A DNA stretch of 9,049 bases from Nanobdellota archaeon (GTDB lineage Archaea > Nanobdellota > Nanobdellia > Pacearchaeales > GW2011-AR1), in assembly GCA_038044405.1 (NCBI GenBank), contig JBBTAC010000013.1, positions 1 to 9,049 of the forward strand. The letters run 5' to 3'. The notes beneath the pieces are model-generated. The model was not told the origin of the DNA and did not search any database. It saw nothing but the letters and a program-made list of their open reading frames with translations. Below, one piece after another: positions 5,276 through 9,049 of the stretch. Position 1 is the first letter of the stretch. Each line of letters begins with the position of its first letter. The position numbers and the translations under genes are program-made.

Positions 5276-5352
5276 AGACTTCCGTAGTACAACGAGTCTC
5301 CTTTCAGACGAGCTGTAACGGGAACGTCTGCGTTGACCAAGATGTGTAGACG
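5276..5352. repeat. GC-rich intergenic element with five AGAC/GTCT-core words in alternating orientation (candidate structured RNA or protein-binding array)
   Basis: AGACT 5276-5280, AGTCT 5295-5299, CAGACG 5305-5310, CGTCTG 5325-5330 and AGACG 5348-5352. They give overlapping, mutually exclusive hairpins: 5276-80/5295-99, 5296-99/5306-09, 5305-10/5325-30 and 5325-29/5348-52. Confidence 0.45.
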
Positions 5353-5359
5353 ATGTAAC

Positions 5360-5686
5360 TTAGGGAAAAAAGCCAAAGAAGAGGATCATGATGAATGCAT
5401 TTATTGGTATCCAGATACACAAGATCAGCAAGTTGCCGATTAAGAGCAGACTATCAAATCTACCATTTTTTGGGCGAATAATTGAAAGGATTGGAATGAA
5501 CACCAATATTATAGTAACATAAAAGAACCAAGAGGCGAGGAAGAAAGCACCCAGAATTATGAAAAAAAGTCCTAGTTGTATCAATAGGCAAATGAGGGTC
5601 GTAATGGCGATCGGCATTCGTAGCCGTTGACTGAAGCGAGTGCGCGGTGCTGACGTAGATATAGGTTGAGTAGTTGCGAGTTTCAT
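5360..5686 (-). CDS. Hypothetical small membrane protein, 108 aa, about 3 TM helices
   Basis: Polar Arg-rich N-terminus (TSAPRTRFSQRLR) followed by three long hydrophobic segments. The palindromic TATA-like TTTATAAA at 5712-5719 lies 26-33 nt upstream of ATG 5686. No family recognised. Confidence 0.5.
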   Translation of the reverse strand: MKLATTQPISTSAPRTRFSQRLRMPIAITTLICLLIQLGLFFIILGAFFLASWFFYVTIILVFIPILSIIRPKNGRFDSLLLIGNLLILCIWIPINAFIMILFFGFFP

Positions 5687-5711
5687 CTTGATATTGTTAA
5701 TGCTGAAAGGT

Positions 5712-5719
5712 TTTATAAA
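5712..5719 (-). promoter_or_regulatory. TATA-like box (TTTATAAA) for the small membrane protein gene
   Basis: Lies 26-33 nt upstream of ATG 5686, in the 93-nt spacer after the smc stop codon. Confidence 0.35.
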
Positions 5720-5779
5720 CTTTCTTAGAAATGTTCGGTGTGCTCCCCACAGACATATGTCCCTTGGCTATACATTTAA

Positions 5780-8647
5780 TTAATTTATCTTCAGACTCAA
5801 AATCTTAGAAATACCCTCATGCATACTAACGCCGTATAATGCATTTGAATTATTGATTATGGCGTCATTATGAGTTATAACAATGTATTGTCCTGATTTC
5901 ATATACTGATTTAACAGCGCAGACAGTCTTTCTGAATTTCTTTTATCCAAAGCGGCATCAATTTCATCAAAGACGTAAAAGTGATATGGCTTATGTTCCT
6001 GAATAGCAAATAATAAAGAGAGTGCAACCATAGTCTGTTCCCCGCCAGACAATGAAGTAACATCAAAATACTTTCCTTTAGCTAATTTTACAACAATATT
6101 AACTCCTGCTGAAAAAATATCTTCCTTATTTTCAATTTCCAAATAAGCTATTCCTTTAGTGGACAATTTAGAGAAGTTCTCGGAAAATATAGTATTTATA
6201 GCCCTGAATGTCTTCATAAAAGTCTTAGATTTTTTATTATCTATACTTTCTATAATCTTCATAATATCATCTTTTTCTTTCTGCAATGTATTTACCTTTT
6301 CTTGAACGGCATCATATTCTTTCTTTACCTCATCATATACTTCGAGGGCTCGCATATTAATTGAGCCTATATTCTGCATCATTTCCTGCGACCTTTTCAG
6401 TTTTTCCTCTAAAACATGAATGCTTTCTTGAATTAATTCTATGCCTGCGAATTCAGATAACTCCATTTGCACTGATTCGTGTTCTGCATCTAATTTTGCC
6501 TTGCCTATTCTAAGATAGTTAATCTGGTCATCGAGCTGGCGCATCTCTTCTCTTGTTTGAGATAAATTAAGACTCTCTTCTTGCATCTCTTTTTGCATTT
6601 TATCTCTTAAAGAAAACATTTTATTAAATTTAATTTCCATTTCCTCTTCTTTTTTGCTTAAAACTAATAGTTTTTCAGATTTACCATCGATACTCGTAAA
6701 TATATCTTCAATTTTAGATTCTATGTCAGAAAGATCTTCCCCGCTTCTTTTTATTATGTTGCCCATATTTTCAAGCTCTCTTTCCTTATAGAGAAGAGTC
6801 GTATCAATATCTTCAATTGTTCTTGAAGAGACTTCTTCTATATCCAGCATCTTATTTTCATACTGCTCTTCGATAATAGATAATTCAGAAGATTTATTTT
6901 CAAGATTTTTTATTTTTTCTTGAATTTCAATTATTTCTTTCTTTAAAGTTGCTTCTTCATTAACAAGCCCAGATAATCTTTCTTTCCTTTCCTTTATGTT
7001 TTTGTGGCTTATCAGTTCTAATTCCCATTTGGAAATTTTCTTTCCAATATCATTAATTTCATTATTAAGGAGATTCTTTTTAGTTTTAAAATTATTTAAT
7101 TCTAAAACAGCTTTATCTTTATTTTCTCGAGCTATTTTTATTCTAGATTCAACATCAGAATGAACATGGGCTTTATGTTCTTCTGTTATTTTTGTCTGGC
7201 ATAAAGGACAGACATCTAGTTTTTCAATTTTTGATTTTATAACGCTTGAATTTGCAATCTCTGCATCCGCAACTGAAAAAATCTTCTCATTAGACAACTC
7301 TTCAGAAATTATTAATTCTAATTCTTTTCTTTTTTCCAATAATTTATCTCTAAAAGATTTAATTGCTTCAGAACATTTTATATATTCTTCATAGTCCAGA
7401 TTTGAAGATTCCTCTTCTATTCTATCTACAATCAATTTTCCTGTAGTGTTTACATTTGTCAATTGCCTTTCTTTTTCCTTAATTCTATCTCTCAATGCAT
7501 GCAACTCTGTTTTTACTGTAAATAGCCTCTTTCTTTCTTTCTCTATTTTTCCTAATTCATCTTTCTTTTTCCTCAATTCCTCTGATTTTTTTGCAACAAG
7601 AGGAGACTGTTCTCTCAAAGATTCAATTTCTTTTTTTATTTCTGGAATAGATTTAGAAAGCTCCTGTATTCTTCTTTTAATTTCAATCTGTCTATTTTCA
7701 TAACTTTCTTTTCTTACTTTCAAACCCTCTAATTCAGCTTTCAGATTAGTGGTTTCGTTATGCAAGGCATCTTGTTCTACACCTGTTGCTTGTTGAATGC
7801 CTTTGTTTATCTCTTCAATTTTAATATTTAATTCGTTTATTTTAGTTTGTTTAGAATTCATCTTAACTGTTATTTTGCCCTTGTCTTCAGTCTTATCAGT
7901 AATAGAATTAAAAATCGCAAGAACTTCTTTTTCCTTTTCTTTTGATTTCTTATTTAAAATTGACGCCTTTATTCTTTTAATAGTCAATTCAGTGTCTTTA
8001 TAGCGTTTTGCTTCTGCTCTTTCTCTTTCCAAATTTTTTAAATAAGAAGTTCTTTCTCTTAAGATTGTAGATATCTCTTTTAATCTTTCATCGGTTTTTG
8101 CTAGTTCATGCAAGGATTTTTCTTTTCGTGCCTCATATACCGATATACCTGCAACTTCTTCAACAATTTTTCTTCTTTCTTCTGGATGCATTCGAACTAT
8201 AGATTGAATTTGACCTTGCATTATTAAATTAGCCCCATAAGGGTCAATACCTGCTTGTGCAAGCATTTCTATAACTTCTGATCTAGTTTTTGCCTCTTCA
8301 TTTATTTTATAGATTCCTTGGCCATTAGACCTAACAATCCTCTTTAAATGCACTTCATCATTATCTATCGCAAATCCTCTATTTGAATTGTCAAAAACAA
8401 GTTCAACAAATGCTTCTTTAGAAGGCTTAACATATTTTGAACCCATAAAAATTAGGTTTTTGGCCTTTGCAGCCCTCATTGACTTAATAGATAGTCTGCC
8501 TAGGACAAATAATATTGCATCAGCAATGTTTGTTTTTCCAGAGCCATTTGGCCCAACAAATAAATTTATCTCTTTATCAAAAGGGATTTCTGTTTTCTTG
8601 GCAAAACTTTTGAATCCCTGCATAACCATCTTTTTGATATAGGTCAT
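5780..8647 (-). CDS. smc: SMC-family ATPase, atypical: hinge-less, with a central CxxC zinc-hook-like motif, 955 aa
   Basis: N-terminal head: MQGFKSFAKKTEIPF, Walker A GPNGSGKT (8531-8554), Q-loop MQGQI, then PEERRKIVEEVAGISVYEARKE. C-terminal head: LSGGE (6038-6052), Walker B FYVFDEIDAALD, ITHN, YGVSM. About 600 aa of K/E-rich heptad-like sequence lies between them, with no globular hinge. Confidence 0.9.
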   Translation of the reverse strand: MTYIKKMVMQGFKSFAKKTEIPFDKEINLFVGPNGSGKTNIADAILFVLGRLSIKSMRAAKAKNLIFMGSKYVKPSKEAFVELVFDNSNRGFAIDNDEVHLKRIVRSNGQGIYKINEEAKTRSEVIEMLAQAGIDPYGANLIMQGQIQSIVRMHPEERRKIVEEVAGISVYEARKEKSLHELAKTDERLKEISTILRERTSYLKNLERERAEAKRYKDTELTIKRIKASILNKKSKEKEKEVLAIFNSITDKTEDKGKITVKMNSKQTKINELNIKIEEINKGIQQATGVEQDALHNETTNLKAELEGLKVRKESYENRQIEIKRRIQELSKSIPEIKKEIESLREQSPLVAKKSEELRKKKDELGKIEKERKRLFTVKTELHALRDRIKEKERQLTNVNTTGKLIVDRIEEESSNLDYEEYIKCSEAIKSFRDKLLEKRKELELIISEELSNEKIFSVADAEIANSSVIKSKIEKLDVCPLCQTKITEEHKAHVHSDVESRIKIARENKDKAVLELNNFKTKKNLLNNEINDIGKKISKWELELISHKNIKERKERLSGLVNEEATLKKEIIEIQEKIKNLENKSSELSIIEEQYENKMLDIEEVSSRTIEDIDTTLLYKERELENMGNIIKRSGEDLSDIESKIEDIFTSIDGKSEKLLVLSKKEEEMEIKFNKMFSLRDKMQKEMQEESLNLSQTREEMRQLDDQINYLRIGKAKLDAEHESVQMELSEFAGIELIQESIHVLEEKLKRSQEMMQNIGSINMRALEVYDEVKKEYDAVQEKVNTLQKEKDDIMKIIESIDNKKSKTFMKTFRAINTIFSENFSKLSTKGIAYLEIENKEDIFSAGVNIVVKLAKGKYFDVTSLSGGEQTMVALSLLFAIQEHKPYHFYVFDEIDAALDKRNSERLSALLNQYMKSGQYIVITHNDAIINNSNALYGVSMHEGISKILSLKIN
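7199..7210 (-). other. CPLC motif (Cys480-x-x-Cys483), putative zinc hook at the coiled-coil apex
   Basis: Minus-strand codons TGT CCT TTA TGC. The position is residues 480-483 of 955 (midpoint 478). The context is KLDVCPLCQTKITEEHK. Confidence 0.6.
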
Positions 8648-8668
8648 ACAAGAATTAGAAAATCGCTC

Positions 8669-8675
8669 TATTTAA
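8669..8675 (-). promoter_or_regulatory. TATA-like box (minus strand TTAAATA) for smc
   Basis: Lies 22-28 nt upstream of ATG 8647 on the minus strand. Confidence 0.35.
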
Positions 8676-8723
8676 GGATTTTTGACAATTAACTTAGTTC
8701 CATTATTCTGCAAAATAACAAGG

Positions 8724-8730
8724 TTTTTAA
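8724..8730 (+). promoter_or_regulatory. TATA-like box (TTTTTAA) for the lipobox protein gene
   Basis: Lies -29 to -23 from ATG 8753. Confidence 0.35.
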
Positions 8731-8752
8731 GACAATTTTCCCAAACCCCTAT

Positions 8753-9049
8753 ATGAAGACTAAAAAACTTATAAATCTCTTAGCCCTATCTTTATTGCCT
8801 ATATTAGGATGCGAAACAACGCCATATGAAAAGCGTTTAGAGATGTTTGAAGAAGGTAAACATCTTCAAGACTGGCCATGGGTTAACAATCCTAAAGAAT
8901 ATCTGCGTAATAATTATTTTATGGGAACAAGAACAGTATTATGGTATAATTGCGTCATGCTTAGATATAGAAATGACGACAGATGTTTTCTTGATTCAGA
9001 GATTGCTAAAAATTTACGAGACGAATATAAAAAAGAGTCTGAATATAAA
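8753..9049 (+). CDS. Putative secreted lipoprotein, 3'-truncated by the window end (99 codons seen)
   Basis: Not in the ORF track because no stop is reached. I translated it by hand: MKTKKLINLLALSLLPILGCETTPYEKRLEMFEEGKHLQDWPWVNNPKEYLRNNYFMGTRTVLWYNCVMLRYRNDDRCFLDSEIAKNLRDEYKKESEYK. It is open to the last base. It shows a basic n-region, a hydrophobic core and the lipobox-like ILGC. Confidence 0.55.
   Translation, partial: MKTKKLINLLALSLLPILGCETTPYEKRLEMFEEGKHLQDWPWVNNPKEYLRNNYFMGTRTVLWYNCVMLRYRNDDRCFLDSEIAKNLRDEYKKESEYK

Noticed and set aside
5388-5394. ATGATGA, a C-box-like word suggesting a C/D box sRNA
   Set aside because: It lies inside the membrane-protein ORF. No CTGA D box or C'/D' arrangement occurs at a suitable distance on that strand.
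5731-5778. 16-codon minus-strand mini-ORF (MYSQGTYVCGEHTEHF) just downstream of the smc stop codon
   Set aside because: It is too short and has no supporting signal. It is more likely a GC-richer 3' UTR or spacer.
6600-8100. Recurrent TTCTTT/TTTCTT-rich tracts that look like tandem repeats
   Set aside because: They are the reverse complement of AAG/AAA/GAA (Lys/Glu) codon runs in the coiled-coil arms. I could see no fixed repeat unit or spacer periodicity, and there is no CRISPR-like architecture.
7446-8642. Plus-strand ORFs 7446-7703, 7797-8003 and 8388-8642 inside the smc locus
   Set aside because: They are antisense shadow ORFs of a K/E-rich coiled-coil gene. Their translations are low-complexity Phe/Ser/Leu strings with no motifs, and they are fully contained in a gene with strong motif support.
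5780-8647. Calling the 955-aa protein simply Rad50
   Set aside because: The length and the CxxC fit Rad50. However, the head-proximal motifs (FKSF, QGQI plus PEERR..EE.AGI..Y, the LSGGEQT.VALSLLFAI context, YGVSM) are SMC-type as I know them, and no mre11 is adjacent. It is therefore kept as an atypical SMC pending phylogeny.
1-9049. A bacterial (for example CPR) origin for the contig
   Set aside because: Four observations point to an archaeon: the A1:U72 CAU tRNA, the archaeal-type RNase HII with its PIP-like tail, the fixed-distance TATA boxes with leaderless starts, and the absence of -35/-10 plus SD grammar on first genes. Only the 1-265 island looks bacterial.

Overview
AT-rich chromosomal segment that looks archaeal, probably from a small-genome DPANN-type lineage. 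The grounds are an archaeal-type RNase HII with a C-terminal PIP-like box, a tRNA-Met(CAU) with an A1:U72 initiator-like acceptor end, and TATA-like boxes 22-33 nt upstream of almost every first ATG or tRNA 5' end. Shine-Dalgarno (SD) motifs appear only before operon-internal genes. Gene order: a GC-rich YdeI/OmdA-like gene (-), tRNA-Ser(GCU), a wHTH-nucleotidyltransferase/HEPN toxin-antitoxin (TA) pair, CDP-alcohol phosphatidyltransferase (-), tRNA-Met, YdeN/RBBP9-type serine hydrolase, RNase HII, a membrane-anchored vWA/MIDAS protein, two orphan genes (-; 143 aa soluble, 108 aa membrane), a 955-aa SMC-like ATPase (-), and a 3'-truncated lipobox protein. Main hunt results: (1) the SMC-like protein has canonical SMC head motifs but no hinge, and carries a Rad50-style CPLC zinc-hook motif at the midpoint of the protein. 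(2) The TA pair sits in a 1.1-kb segment bounded by an exact 10-bp direct repeat of the tRNA-Ser 3' end, which looks like a minimal or decayed integrated cassette. (3) There are two GC-rich compositional islands, one holding a repeat-dense, hairpin-rich intergenic element. All homology statements rest on motif recognition by eye; no database search was possible.
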